Of a stretch of 64,000 bases of DNA, positions 31,280 to 44,784 are shown piece after piece. Source of the stretch: Octopus vulgaris (taxonomy: Eukaryota). Position numbers and translations under genes: made by a program. The DNA lies in the NCBI GenBank assembly GCA_951406725.2, contig OX597823.1, forward strand, positions 7,564,001-7,628,000, read 5' to 3'. Each line of letters begins with the position of its first letter. Within the stretch, counting starts at the first letter, position 1. Under the pieces are notes generated by a model, which was not told the DNA's origin, did not search any database, and was given only the letters and a program-made list of their open reading frames with translations.

Positions 31280-32905
31280 TCTTATTTTTTCCTGCTTTGC
31301 AGCCCAAAGGCTGTGGCTATGCTGGGGCACTACCAGTATCATCACCTTTATAGCTGTTATCAAGAGGTTGGCTTGTGTTAAATGTGGGAGTTTGATATTG
31401 CTGACTTCTTTTGGGTACTTGCCATGATGTAGGTTCATCTGAGATCTTTTACTGCAGAAGGTCAAGCTGTTTGTTGAAAGCACTTACCCCACTATGTGAA
31501 TTGCTTAGGTTTTGGGGCAAAATATTAAATAGCTGTGGACATTGAAATCTATTCAAGCACCTTAAATAGCTGTGGGCTTTAGAAGCTATTCTAGAACCTT
31601 GTCCTTAATCTAGATGGTATGGGTGAGACCTTTGGAACAGTGCAGTGATGTTCTGTTTAGGACTGGTATAACTCTTGATACCAAAGTGTGATTCCTGCAC
31701 CCCTAGGATATTTCAAATGTATATCACTGCATATTTCCTGTCTTCACTTTAGGGAGTTGAGTCATAATTCTTTCAGTCTCTCCCAATAGCTCAAGTTTTT
31801 CATTGATGCAATCCTCTCGGTATTGCTGAACTGCCCTAAGTTCCACTACTAAATTCACACTGTTGGATGACCACAGTTCAAAGCAGTAGTCCAGGCAGTT
31901 GTCCTCCATAAAACCAGCATGGTTTCCCAGTTTTGTGTTCTGAAAGTTCTGAGAACCCATCCAGCCTTTTGCTTGTTAGTTGCAATCTTTCTGATGATAT
32001 GTACATGTAATGAAGTATTGTTGCTTTTATTCAATCCCTAGGTCCTGTACTATATTTGACTCTGGGATTGTGACTTATTTCAGTCTAAAGTATTTTTGTT
32101 GCAGAGTATTAGGACAAGCTGACTGATAACAGAGGTCTTGTAATTTTCCTACATTAAATTTCATGTTGTTTACTTCAACCTGTTTATATATAGCATCTAG
32201 TTCTTTCTGTAGAAGATTAACATGAAGAGAATTCTTGGCTGCTTGTGTTATTGACATAGATAGGAAGAGTGGCTGCCTGTATAACTGACAGTATGTCTGA
32301 GAAGGCCACCACAAATAGCAGCAGCCCTGAGGCTCTCCCAATTAATGTCTCCTTGGAGAGGGCTCTGTTGGCTACAGCCTGCATTCTATCTTTTAAAAAG
32401 TCATATAACCACTCTCCTAGTTTCCTACTTTGCTGAGTCCTTGCAGCTTGTAATATATCATCCCATTATTAAAGGCCTTTGCAATATTGAGATATATCAC
32501 ATTCACATTTTGAGTTACTCATAAGTTGTTTCAACATTGTCTTAATGCTGGAGAAGCTGTGTCTAAGGCAGCTTCTTCCTAAGCAGACGCCATCCCGGGT
32601 GTCAGAGAGCAAGTCATTTTCTAGAAACATAAAATCAGTTTTCTTCTGACAATTCATTCTATGACTTAGCTGACATGTGAGGTTAGAGAGACAGGCCTAT
32701 AATTTTTAGCATCTGTTCTGCTTCATCCTTTAGAGATAGGACATGTTATGCCCTCCTTTAACTTTCTGGGAAGTCTACCATTTGCCCGGAAGTTTTGGAA
32801 GTGAATCTGCAGTGGTCTTGTTTAGCCTCCATTGCTTTTTTTATAAAGATTGCTAGGAAGAATCCATCTGGACTAGTGGCTGAGTTTAATCTCATTTCAT
32901 CAGTG
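31280..32905 (-). mobile_element. Older CR1-clade LINE fragment
   Basis: SPDGF, NNMKFN, LDYCFELWS remnants; homologous to 29125-30468. Confidence 0.85.
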
Positions 32906-32906
32906 G

Positions 32907-32951
<45 letters not shown>

Positions 32952-32989
32952 ATACACATGTGTATATATAGAAATATGTATATGTATGC

Positions 32990-33032
<43 letters not shown>

Positions 33033-33059
33033 GGTTGTTCTAGCTTAATTTGACAGCTT

Positions 33060-36000
33060 GCATAAGGTGAAAAGGAAACAGAATGCCCCACTCAAAAAAA
33101 AAAAGTATTTTTTAAAAATCAAAAATAACAACTTGATTATAGCTGGAAGATGACAGTTTAACTCAAATTAGCGACCCTCAGCTTCCATCTTTGCCTCCAG
33201 ACAGCTTAAGAACCTAGCATGTGTCACCTTCCTTGTGTTGATGATAAAATCTCATAAAAAAAAAAAAACTAAATGAAGCCACCATTAATCAGGATACCTT
33301 GCCATGATGTCTTGTTGCCTGATAGCTTTATAGCTTTCTAAGGTGAAGATCAGCTGAAGTTTGGTTAAATACTTTCTCTTTCAAGTGTCTATCAAGTGAC
33401 TTGTAATATCACATCTGCCTTTTTTATTTTATTAATACCAAAATGTAAACTTAGTCTATTCTGTATTAATAAGAATTCCTTCTACCTAAATATCATATAG
33501 ATCACAATAGAATGATGCTTTAGTGAGGTAGCCGGCATGTGGGTTTTCCGAATGGCGTGTTCCATGTTGTGGTGTCACACATGGCAAGCAATGAAGTTAA
33601 GACAGGTTCTGAATACAAGTTGTATTTATATCAACTTGAGTTTAGACTTAGAAGTGAGGATTATGATTAAACAAAGAGTAATTTTTTTTTAAGTTGATTT
33701 TGTAAAAAGAAGAAAAACTATTTTTAGAATTGTAATCTGCTGTTTAAAACAGAAACCTTACAAAATTTTCGTAAAAAGTGGGATGCTTAAATGCAAGACT
33801 CCACTGTTTGCTTATCAAGGAACTTCGCTATAATTTAAATAAATTGCTTTGCAACATTCATCCTAATTCCCTGGCAACACTGGATATTTTGGCTAGTGAC
33901 TCTATGTATTGGGTATAAATCTAGCCACAAAGTTGACTTAAGCTTTCATTCATTCAATGTTGGTCAATTTTCTGATAAAAATGACGTGAAACCTAGTTTA
34001 AGGAAATGATTTTATTGAAATGTTGATGTCAACAAACAAAATTTACTTTAGATTAGGTTTAATCATACAATAAATAAGGAGTTCTTTGTGTGCTAAGTGT
34101 ATGAATTGCTAAATGGTTATTTTCCTTTTAAAAATAGCAAGTAAGCCAAAAACAAATAACAAAACAAAAAAATTTTAATTGAATTCCATTTGAGGGTCTA
34201 TTAACTTTTAATAACTCGTTGAAAATTATTTTGAAGTTAAAAGCTCAGTCCTATAATGATTCAGCAGAAAATACCTAAAGATGGTTTTGTTTATTCAGAT
34301 GTTTATAGTGTCTTTACTTGTGGTCAGATTACTGCGAAAATTGGTAATACTTCCGAAAGGACTTAATTTGTTTTTTTTTTTTGTAAGTAATTTGTTGTAA
34401 TAATTTTACATCATAATTAAAACCATTACACTAAAAAATGATGAAGACAAAGACGGTGATAATAAATTAAATGCAATTAGAAATAGACTTAGATACACAA
34501 ATATTGCAAACAAAAAGTTTTTTCTTGACCTTCAGCAGCTTATTTACAGGTAAGATGTAAATCGCATCAGAAACAAAATATTCACAAATTTCAACAAAGC
34601 TGACTGCTCCTTTTTCTTCCGCATACAAAATAATATGTTGGGTGACTATCTCAATCAAATCTCAATGAAAAATGTTGAAAGAAAAATACTCAACAAGCTT
34701 CATATCAATTCTTAAAGCTATTTTTGAACCAACAATTCTTGCAAAAGGTTTAGTGTCTGACCATTCTTCAGGTAATATTTTATCTGAGTCACTTGATGAA
34801 AAATTGGATGAATTGAAACCAGGCATCAAAATGTGCCCACAAGAAATAGATATATCAACTTTAGCTATCCTCTTCAAAGTCTTATCTTGAATAAATCAAT
34901 GAATAAATTATCAAAGAATGATAAGCAGCTATTATTCAAAGGAAAGATACTCCAGAAAAAGAAAAAAACAAAAGAAATCAGTAGCATATTGGTCAGTGTA
35001 AATAATGAACATTACAGAATTAGATCAGAGAGTACATAATTTCCTTTTTAAAACGAATATAAACAAGAGTAGTTTGGTTCGTGTGGTTTCAGAAGGTGAC
35101 TCACAGCCAAATGCAGTGCCATGCAGTTTCATATCATGCTGTACATTAATGATTAATTTAGCAAGATTTGTCAGGATAGACGATTCTCTCAGATTTTATA
35201 AAGTTTGAGAAAAACTAAATTTATTGCTTTCCTCAGTTAAAAAGGAAAAAGTTCATGTGCTAATTAATGACAATGAATGAAAAAGAGATTGGGCCTCGTG
35301 ACTGAGCCATGGATTCTATCATAGAGAAGGTCCAGAGGATGAGAGTCATTTCATTGTATAACAGTCAGTTTGTTATGTTCTTTTGTGAAGAGAAATAAAC
35401 CATTTTAAAACAGAACTGCATAGTTCCAGTATTCCTATAACGGAATCATAATTGAAGCTGGCTGAAAAAGATTGAAGGAAAACATTTCTTATTTTTTAAC
35501 TTGAAAAATATACAAAAAAAAAAGAAATTGATATTATTGCATGTTTTACATGTTCCTTTTCTTTTATTTTATAAAAATTGAAAAATGTATTTGTACTTCA
35601 TCTGTCATTAGACAGCAGCTGAAATATTAAAATGACAAATAGAATCATTAATTGCATTTTTGAGAGACTGAGATAGCAAAATAATTCATAAATCTCTTTT
35701 CATAACAATTGTTAAAAATAGAATAAAAAAAAAAAAGAGGGTAAATGGGAATGCTTTTTTCACATAACTGAACTTTCACTGATATAGTAATTTCATATTA
35801 ACTTGATTATTTATTTGAAAATGAAATAGAGAATATTTCAGCGAAATAAATAATTATTTAATCCTTGCTTAATCTAAACTTACTGAATGAAATATTTTGC
35901 TAAATGATTGTACAATTAAATTCTTTTAATGCCTTTTCTTTATGGATAAAACACTATAAATTACGTTACAAGCATCCTTTCACTGTAATTATATTTATGA

Positions 36001-37990
36001 CAAAACTATTTTGATCAAAGATTTTTCAGTGACTCTTTTCAATAAAAAAAAAATACTTTTGTCAGATACAATGAAATGTCAGCATGATGAATTTTGTTAT
36101 GAGTTATGACTATAGAATATGATATTGTTTGTAAATTTCCTAATATTTGTTTAACTGTTTGCTTTCAAAGAAAAATATTTTCTAGACATGTTTTAGTTAA
36201 CATTTGATGATCATTCCTGTTTAATTAAATTGGTGTCTGAAAATGATGAAGACTACCACTACCAATTTTATCTGATCCCACCACCCCTCTAAAATCATAT
36301 AAAAATTAAATTCATTTCCTTTTTAACGAGGCAGATCTATTTGTTTTTAGCGTATATTCATTTTTAATTAAATATCTAAATGAATTGAACCTCCATTTGA
36401 TTGTTCATTGCCAGTGCATTTCCTTTTATGCCCTTTGGGTGAAGTGTGTGTTTCTAGTCATTTAATGACAAAGAATTAAATAGGGATAGAATTAGTCACA
36501 GATTTGTTGAAACCATATTCCTTATTTATCTTTACCCAAGAGACATTGTCCGTTTGCTTCAACTACGAGCAAAACATGTAGAAAAGAAGTGTCACTGCTA
36601 TTGTATGCTATAAATATGTATCGTGTAACATTCATATGTATTTAGTCTCACTATGAAATTATACTTCATTTGACCACAGTTTGTTTTATGCAATTTTAGT
36701 TTTTCATTTGACTTTTTATTTATTTAAATTTTTGAATGACTATCAAACTACACAAACATACCTTTCTCTTCTAAGTGACCGAATGCTTACAGTTGGAAGT
36801 TACTTATTGAAATGTAAAAGATAGTTCTAAGCATAACATTTTCATAGTGATACAAGGTTGATTGCCTGGTATTAATTATTTGCATAGAACGTAGATTTAC
36901 TAGCAATACAGCATGGCTTATCAAATGCCTATATGAAGTCATATCCTTATGTATTTAGTACTGCTATATATTAAGTGAAGAGGTAGAAAAATTATAGGTA
37001 GGATGGTAAAGAAACCATGTTTAAACTCAACTAATCTTCCTATTGAGAATATGTCTTTATTGGCCACACAGGGCTGAACAAAAGCTTGGAGTTCAGACCA
37101 TTACATTTATAAATATCTACACACAGATAAGCTATAAGCTTTAGTGCTCTATGAAGTTTACTGTATAAAACTAGTTTTCTTATAACGAAGGCACAATTGT
37201 GTAAAACATCTTGTTGTAAAATGGTATTTAGAAACCTATTAAGTAAAAAAAAAATTCAATAAAAGTATGTTGAAAATTTGTGGACAGAAAGTACAATAGC
37301 AGAGTGGTTAGACTGGTGTGTTGGTAGAGCACATTAAATATTTCACAAAATTTAGAATATTTCATGATTTTCACTTAAAAACCTTGTCGTGATCAACTAA
37401 GTTTGTTGCTCATTTTTAGCCTCATATTTATTGGTTAAAAGTTACAATTACTGCAGCTTAAATTCCACCTCTTCTTTTTCCAGTATTCTAAATGTTGTCT
37501 CTCAATCAAAAATATTTGAAGAGTTTTCTTTATTCAGATTGTATTTGCTGTTGTTTATTTTATGCATTGGTGCAAATAAATAGCAAATATCTTGTCTTTA
37601 TGGTGTTCAAAAATATCAATCAATAAATGATCAGTCTAATTAGGTTGCTTTCAAAGGAGATGAGTGAACAGTTAATTTTGTTGACTCTAATAATGCTGGT
37701 ATTTATTTTACTGGCCCTGGAAGAATCAAATGCAAAGTAAGCCAATTCTGTGAAAAATAATCTTTTCCAAACTTCCTATTTTTTAAATCAACCTCTCTCC
37801 CAGCTATCAGAGTAACAACACCTATTGTGCTTGTGTAGATGCCTGTTGAGCCATTAGATGAAATGAAGGATGCCTCAATGTGGTCACTCAACATGCTAAG
37901 AATAGCAACCAACTTTCACTTTTTCAATCACCCTTTTGCCAAGCTTTTGCAATAATGATATCCAGGCCACGGAAATAATAGATGCATTAG
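33060..37990 (+). pseudogene. Long decayed reading frames of unknown origin, candidate viral L-gene segment
   Basis: About 300 codons at 34450-35360 read in one frame with scattered stops (KDGDNKLNAIRNRLRY...MLKEKYSTSFISILKAIFEP...MNITELDQRVHNFLF...); a similar stretch at 37600-37950; no diagnostic motif. Confidence 0.45.
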
Positions 37991-38097
37991 CACACTTATA
38001 CCTCTCCCCTCTCATGTAGCCTACACTTACATTTTTACACTCACCCCACTCCATTATTAACGAGATGAAATAATTTGCCTACGTATTGTGCTTTCTT

Positions 38098-38138
<41 letters not shown>

Positions 38139-38279
38139 CACACATATGTATATATGCCAGGTGTGAGAGGTATTCGAGGATATATTTTGTAATTTAATAA
38201 AACAACTCTAATCTACTACAAACCAAATGTATTTTAATAAAAACTTGTGCTCATGTTCTTGATAAGCTTTTATCCTAGA

Positions 38280-38646
38280 CTAGCAGTATCGCCCGGCATT
38301 GCTCAGGTTTGTAAGGGAAATAACTATAAAGCATTTTTAGAGAGTTATAGCCAAAAAATAGGAAAAAAATGATGGTAAATTTTTTTTTGATAATTAAAAA
38401 AGGTGGAGTTGCGTCCCCTACACAGTTTGTGGTTTGTGTTCCTGATTCTCGACCCCATGTCGAATTTATCGATTTTTTTCAGAACTGGGGGAACTTTTCA
38501 AAATTTTCGCTGCGTTAGTTTTGAATTATGACATTGAGCTATGTGTGTGTCAAGTTTCATCAGAATCGGTTGAAAGCCATGGTCAGGGTGAGGGTACAAG
38601 CACACAGAAACACGCACAGACAAACTGCCGTTTATATAGAGAGAGA
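38280..38646 (-). mobile_element. Non-autonomous Helitron, subfamily 1
   Basis: On the minus strand: A|TC start, GC-rich subterminal hairpin, CTAG|T end, no target duplication. Confidence 0.85.
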
Positions 38647-38654
38647 TTATTCTA

Positions 38655-39700
38655 TGAATCCATCTTCAGTTTTGACTGCTTCAGTGTAGGACTTGAATCT
38701 TTCATATCCTTGCACTAAATGTTCTTTATTCATTTTCTACAACACATGGATGTCCAAATTGGTGGCCTCCAGTGATGCTGTGGTATTGTGAGGATATCAA
38801 TTAATCACCCTTTCAACAATTCCCCGAATGTAGTAGTCCATGGGATCTACATCTAGCAAGTTTGGAGGTTATAAGTTTGGCATTACATGGTCAAAATTAT
38901 TGTCTGATGTCTAGTTTTGTGTTACATGGGCTTTTGAGGTGTTGCGTTTTGCTGAAACATGTATGGCCCTCCACTGCATATTTCATTCGCCCTGGGCTTA
39001 ACAACATTCTGTATCATCTCGATGTATCCAATGGCATTAATTCTAAAACCCTCTGGAAAGATGTGAGGTGACATGATATGACTTGCATCACTCACCAATT
39101 CTAAACCCATCACAGTTGCTTGAAAATTAGTGTGCATCGCTCTGAGAACATCAGAAGGATCTTCACATAACCATTGTCATTTCTTCTATTAAACTTTTTG
39201 TTTTGGTCAAATTTTATCTCATCAGAAAAAAAAAAAAAACCAAAGCATGACATGTTCATGAGGGTTTTAACATTGATAAGTTAAACACTTGATACAGATG
39301 AAACAGTTTCCTGTATCTTGGCAGACTTGAATTAGCCTCTCCTCAGTACATACAACTTGTATTGAATGTCCTTTTGCACCTCAATACCGATGGTCAACTC
39401 AGACACCTGAAATTCTTTGTTGATGACCTCATTGATTCTTTAGGATCATCAATAATGTTTTGAACTCATTGAATAATATCTCAATGTTTACATTTTTCTG
39501 TTTTTCTTACTTGAAACATTCCCTCTTTGAGGCTTCCGGTTCCATCCAAACTTTGCGTACAAAAGCTTTTATAACACTTGGAAAGTTGGTAATATTTAAA
39601 TCTCTAGATTCTGCACATATGGCAACAATGACTGCATGTCTTTCCATTTCTTGTGTTGGCATTTTACCTGACATGGAGCATCTGAAAGAAATAAATACCT
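38655..39700 (-). mobile_element. Decayed Tc1/mariner (maT/DD37D-like) transposase
   Basis: FSDEIKFDQ, YMFQQNATP and PPNLLDVDPMDYY (compare SPDLNPMDY), with many disablements. Confidence 0.85.
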
Positions 39701-39782
39701 TTTTTAATGCATTTGAAGTGAATGATATACTGATAATTGTCCTCAAATCTCTCTTGTTCCTTATATATATATATATATATAA

Positions 39783-40070
39783 CGTGATCACTTCACCGAC
39801 CAGACCATCAGATGTTGTTACACATCGCTGGTCACAATGTGTTCGCATTGTTTTAGCCTTCGAATGACGCCACCCCGCTGGCTAAGCAAGCAGGCCAACA
39901 GAAGAAAGAGTGGTGAAAGAGTACAGCAGGGATAACCACCCCCTGTCGGAGCCTCGTGGAGCTTTTAGGTGTTTTTGCTCAATAAACACTCACAACGCCT
40001 GGTCTGGGAATCGAAACCGCGATCCTGCGACCGCGAGTCCGCTGCCCTAACCACTAGGCCATTGCACCTC

Positions 40071-40073
<3 letters not shown>
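39783..40073 (-). mobile_element. tRNA-derived SINE, head H1 with tail T1
   Basis: Head gtggaggtgcaatggcctagtggttagggcagcggactcgcgg...gtttcgattcc is shared with 46695. Confidence 0.88.
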
Positions 40074-40110
<37 letters not shown>

Positions 40111-41493
40111 GTGTGTGTAGGCATGGTTGTGTAGCTAAGGTCACATCCCAGACATGTAATTTCAGGTTCAGTGCCACTATGCAGTACCTTGACGAAATGC
40201 CTTTTACTATAGTTCTATAGTGAGTGGATTTGGTAGGCAAAAACTGAAAAACGCCTGTCCTGTATAACTTTATAAAAATGCATGTGTGTTTTATTGTTTT
40301 CACACAGTAATTGTAAATGAGCCTCACTGTCATATAAGCAGTCACTCATTTCAATCTTCCATGAAACTATGTCCAGCAGCAGCAGCAAATCTACCTCATT
40401 CAGTTCGTTTTCACCTGTAGAAGCATGGAAAAGTAGCCATTAAAACAATGACAGTGTGTGCAAAGAGAGAGAGAGAGTCGGGGAGATGCCAATATGGTTA
40501 AGAAACTTCCCAATCACTTGGTTCCAGGTTCAGTCTCACAGTGTTGCATCTTGAGCAGGTGTCTTCTGTTATAACCCTGTCTGACCAAAGCTTTGTGATT
40601 GGATTTGGTAGATAAAAACTGAAAGAAGCCTGCCATATAATGTGTGTTTGTGTGAGTTGGTGTCTCCTTGTCTTGACATGGTGTAATTCTTGTAAACAAG
40701 TATCACTATCATACAAGTGGTGTGCTTTGTTTCCAATCTTCTGTGATAACATGTCTAGGTGTAAGGAAATATTACCTTACTTGGAGATAGGTGAGGGTTA
40801 GCAACTGAAGGGCCTCCAATCTACCTCAACAAGTTCCACCTGACCCATGTGAGCATGGAAAAGTAGGTGTAAATACAACAATAGTGATGATGATTGCAAT
40901 GAAACAAAGGTAGATCTTAGTCTCAAAATCTGAGAGACTTATTACACCCACTCTATACAGCATCACTTTGAACAACAGTTTTTCTTTCTTTCTTCACATC
41001 ATGTTTTAAAAACGTTCAATTTTTGGCATTTGCCCTTTGTATGTCTTATACATAGAATGCTATTTAAATTGTTATATGTTGCATTGCTGGAACCAGAAAT
41101 TCAAACTATAATTCTCAAAAGACAATACTATTAATGTCGATATATTGCTTATCTCTCATATCTATATATAACAAGTGGCCGGAAACATAGTGGGTGGTTT
41201 ACATCGATTAGGGACTGTGAAATGCGGACAGGAAATAGAAAATTTTGCTCAAGAGGAATATACATGTCAAAGATAAAAGTTATAAATAAATAGTACTAAA
41301 TATGATACTAATTACCACATTAATTGATAATAGTAACAACATTACTAGTAATTATTAGCTTACCACTTATTTGAAACCCTTTGTTCTAGTTCTGGAAATG
41401 AGAGGTAATAAGAAATTATGATTTATTCATAAGATTTCATATTTCACCAAATGTATTTCATGTAAAAATGAATTAGTAAATCTACCAATCCTA

Positions 41494-41844
41494 TGACTGG
41501 CACCCGGCAGATGCCAGGACGCCTTGGACTGGAGATACGTAAAAGCACTATCCGAATCGTGGCCGATGCCAGTGCCGCCTTGACTGGCTTCCGTGCAGGT
41601 GGCACGTAAAATGCACCAATCCGACCGTGGCCGATGCCAGCCTCGCCTGGCACTAGTGCAGGTGGCATGTAAAAAGCACCCACTACACTCACGGAGTGGT
41701 TGGCGTTAGGAAGGGCATCCGGCTGTAGAAACATTGCCAGATAAGACCAGAGCCTGGTGCAGCCTTCTGGCTTCCCAGATCCCCGGTCGAACTGTCCAAC
41801 CCATGCTAGCATGGAGAACGGACGTTAAACGATGATGATGATGA
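41494..41844 (+). mobile_element. Family B retroposon, well preserved
   Basis: Internal tandem of about 80 bp; ends ggacgttaaac(GAT)n. Confidence 0.85.
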
Positions 41845-42900
41845 AGTAGTAACTAAGAGAGAGATGGGAGTGGGAGAGAAGCGGATTGAAGGAGACGGAA
41901 GTGTGGAGAGAAATGATGATAAAAACGTACAACTGTTCAGATGTTTTTTTCCAAACAGGTTTTAATGGAAAGTATTGCTTCAACTGTAAAAGTTAAAGAG
42001 AAATGAGACACATGAAAGAGATGGGTATAAGCGACAGGAGAGTATGTATACTGAAGTTAAAAGTTGTTGATGATTAAGATGTACTTATAAACAAGAGTGT
42101 AACAAGCATTATGAGTACAATTAGAAAATGTACTTTTGCCACAGTGGTTAATATCAGATATGTACAATAGTTATAATTTTTTCTTTTCAAATTTCTTAGA
42201 GCTGCTAAAAATATTGAAACATAAACTAATTTTCAAAATAAAAAAAAATATTTACTTCATTGAAATAGAATTCAAAGAAATATCATATCTGTATATTTGT
42301 AATGAATATCTGCTATCAATTACAATAATATTGTTTAACTATCAATTAATCCAGACACTACCAACAGTAGCAAAAGTATATTCCCAACAATACCTGTCAT
42401 ATGACAGGTAACACTTTAGTTCGTATATAGTAACCAAGGGAGATAAGTTCAATACGAGCAGAATTATCTCCCTTCCAAGTGCACACAGATAACTGGTGAT
42501 ATACTACGAATTATATTAAAAGATATTTGATCTTTCAAAAGGTTCTTTTGGCTGTTTGTTTTCTTTTTTGCTATATTTTAGGGAATTCATCTTTATTGTT
42601 TATCATAAAAGAAAATGATACCCTGAGGTTTACTTTAGATCGCAATTTAATCTCATAAATATATCAGAAAATGTATTCAGATTATCTCTCTGATGTTTAC
42701 CATCAATGATATTAAATTGTGTATTGCCATATCCACTTCTGAAATTTGAACTTTTATTATTCAGTTGGCATTCCAGCCACGACCATCCTTTCTAACTTTC
42801 AGACATTATATTCAAGACATTGCTATTTTTCTATTATGTTTCTTTCTTCTAGATTAATGGAATGAGTGAACAGTGTATTGATAGGATTATACTCTACAAT

Positions 42901-42967
<67 letters not shown>

Positions 42968-43040
42968 CACACGCGCAACATCCATGTCCCATGCTAACAT
43001 GGGTTGGGACATGGACATTAAATGATAATGATGGTTTATG

Positions 43041-43081
<41 letters not shown>

Positions 43082-43082
<1 letters not shown>

Positions 43083-43380
43083 AGGGCGCGTGGCTTAGTG
43101 GTTAGGGCATTCGGCTCATGATCGTAAGGTTGTGAGTTCGATTCCCGGCGACGCGTTGTGTCCTTGAGCAAGACACTTTATTTCACGTTGCTCCAGTCCA
43201 CTCAGCTGGCAAAAATGAGTTGTACTTGTATTTCAAAGGGTCAGCCTTGTCACTCTCTGTGTCACGCTGATTATCCCCGAGAACTACGTTAAGGGTACAC
43301 GTGTCTGTGGAATGCTCAGCCATTTGCACGTTAATTTCACGAGCAAGCTGGGACCCTCGTCGTCGTAACCGGCGGAGTCT
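43082..43380 (+). mobile_element. tRNA-derived SINE, head H2 with tail T2
   Basis: A box TGGCTTAGTGG, B box GTTCGATTCC; tail shared with 46860-47045. Confidence 0.9.
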
Positions 43381-43382
43381 TT

Positions 43383-43419
<37 letters not shown>

Positions 43420-44104
43420 CATGAATATATTATATGTCTATGTGGTAAAAAATTTGCTTCCCAACCACATAGTTCTGGGTTTCATCCCTCTATGTGGCAC
43501 CTTGGCTAAGCCTTATAAATAGAAACTGTAAGGAGCCAATCATATATATGTGTGTTTGTGTTACTCTTTCCTTGCGCCCACATTAAGTGACAGTAGGAAA
43601 CAAGTGAAAATTAGTGGCTGGAAAGGCATCTGACTATAGAAAAATGTAACTCATCAACAGTTACCACTACCCCATGCAGGCATAAAAAAGTGGATATTAA
43701 AATGGTGCTGATACGTTTATATATATATATATATATATATATTGTAAATATCAGGGATGCTTAACCCCATACAGAAACTGCAGGAGCTATTCAGAGGTTT
43801 TGCAAGCTCTTCTAAATCCATCGCAATACTGGAAATCCTTCCCTATTGTCAGTGGGTAATATCGTAGTGACAAGTTTTTTGCCCTCAGCCTGTACACTTC
43901 ACCTGAATGGGGCAGCAAAGACTGAGTTAGTCTTCACCTATGAAAGGGTTTTACCTGCAGTCTCTTTTCAACCATAACCATCTTGGGCTAGTTTCAGCAG
44001 CTATGCCTATTTCCTTGATGGCTTTTGTATTCCTCAAGAGCAGGAATATACCTTATCAGAGTGATGTTACCATTATCACCTCCTAGAAGATACATATACC
44101 TATA

Positions 44105-44376
44105 TATATATATATGTGTGTGTGTGTGTATGTATATACACATACACGTTTGTGTATATATGTGTGTGTGTGTATGTATATACACACACACGTTTGTGTA
44201 TATATGTGTGTGTGTGTGTATGTATATACACACACGTTTGTGTATATATGTGTGTGTGTGTGTATGTATATACACACACACGTTTGTGTATATATGTGTG
44301 TGTGTGTGTATATATACACACACACGTTTGTGTATATATGTGTGTGTGTGTGTATGTATGTATATACACACACGTG
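44105..44376. repeat. Near-palindromic minisatellite, about six units of ~45 bp
   Basis: tgtgtatata(tg)n-tatgtatata(ca)n-cgtt units. Confidence 0.9.
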
Positions 44377-44399
44377 CATATCCGATTTGGACCATCAGG

Positions 44400-44780
44400 A
44401 GCTGTAGTTAAGTTCTGATGTTTGTGGATCTTAAATGTCTGTTGAGGCCTCCATTAGATTTGCAGACGTTATGGCATACACAGCATTGGAAAGTGTGCAC
44501 AGATGTATAGTGAGTATAGTTGCTGGAGGTTTGTTTTTCATGGGTTCACAAATGAGATTTGAGCCCAGCAAAAGAAAGGCTTCGTCTATCACAAATTGTG
44601 CACAAACAAAGATCACTGCTATTTCCCACCATCCGATCACGACATTCTTCTTTAAATCTCTCTTGAGTCTTGCATGTGTTATCCTGGTCTCCTCAAAGGC
44701 TCTCACTCCATGCTTTTCTTCGCCATCCAGCTTGATCCGAATCAAGTGTTTCTATGGACTTTGGATCCATTGCAAATTAC
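44400..44780 (-). mobile_element. RTE-clade LINE 3' fragment
   Basis: GVRAFEETRITHARLKRDLKK followed by a decayed Cys/His-containing C-terminus. Confidence 0.65.
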
Positions 44781-44784
44781 TATG

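Noticed and set aside
34540-34556. Strong donor CAG|GTAAGA as a host exon end
   Set aside because: No TM9SF-like peptide or convincing acceptor upstream; it lies inside the decayed frame. Exonisation is not excluded.
43082-43160. Functional tRNA genes here and at 40000-40073, 46695 and 61358
   Set aside because: Cloverleaves are incomplete and continue into element bodies; they are SINE heads.
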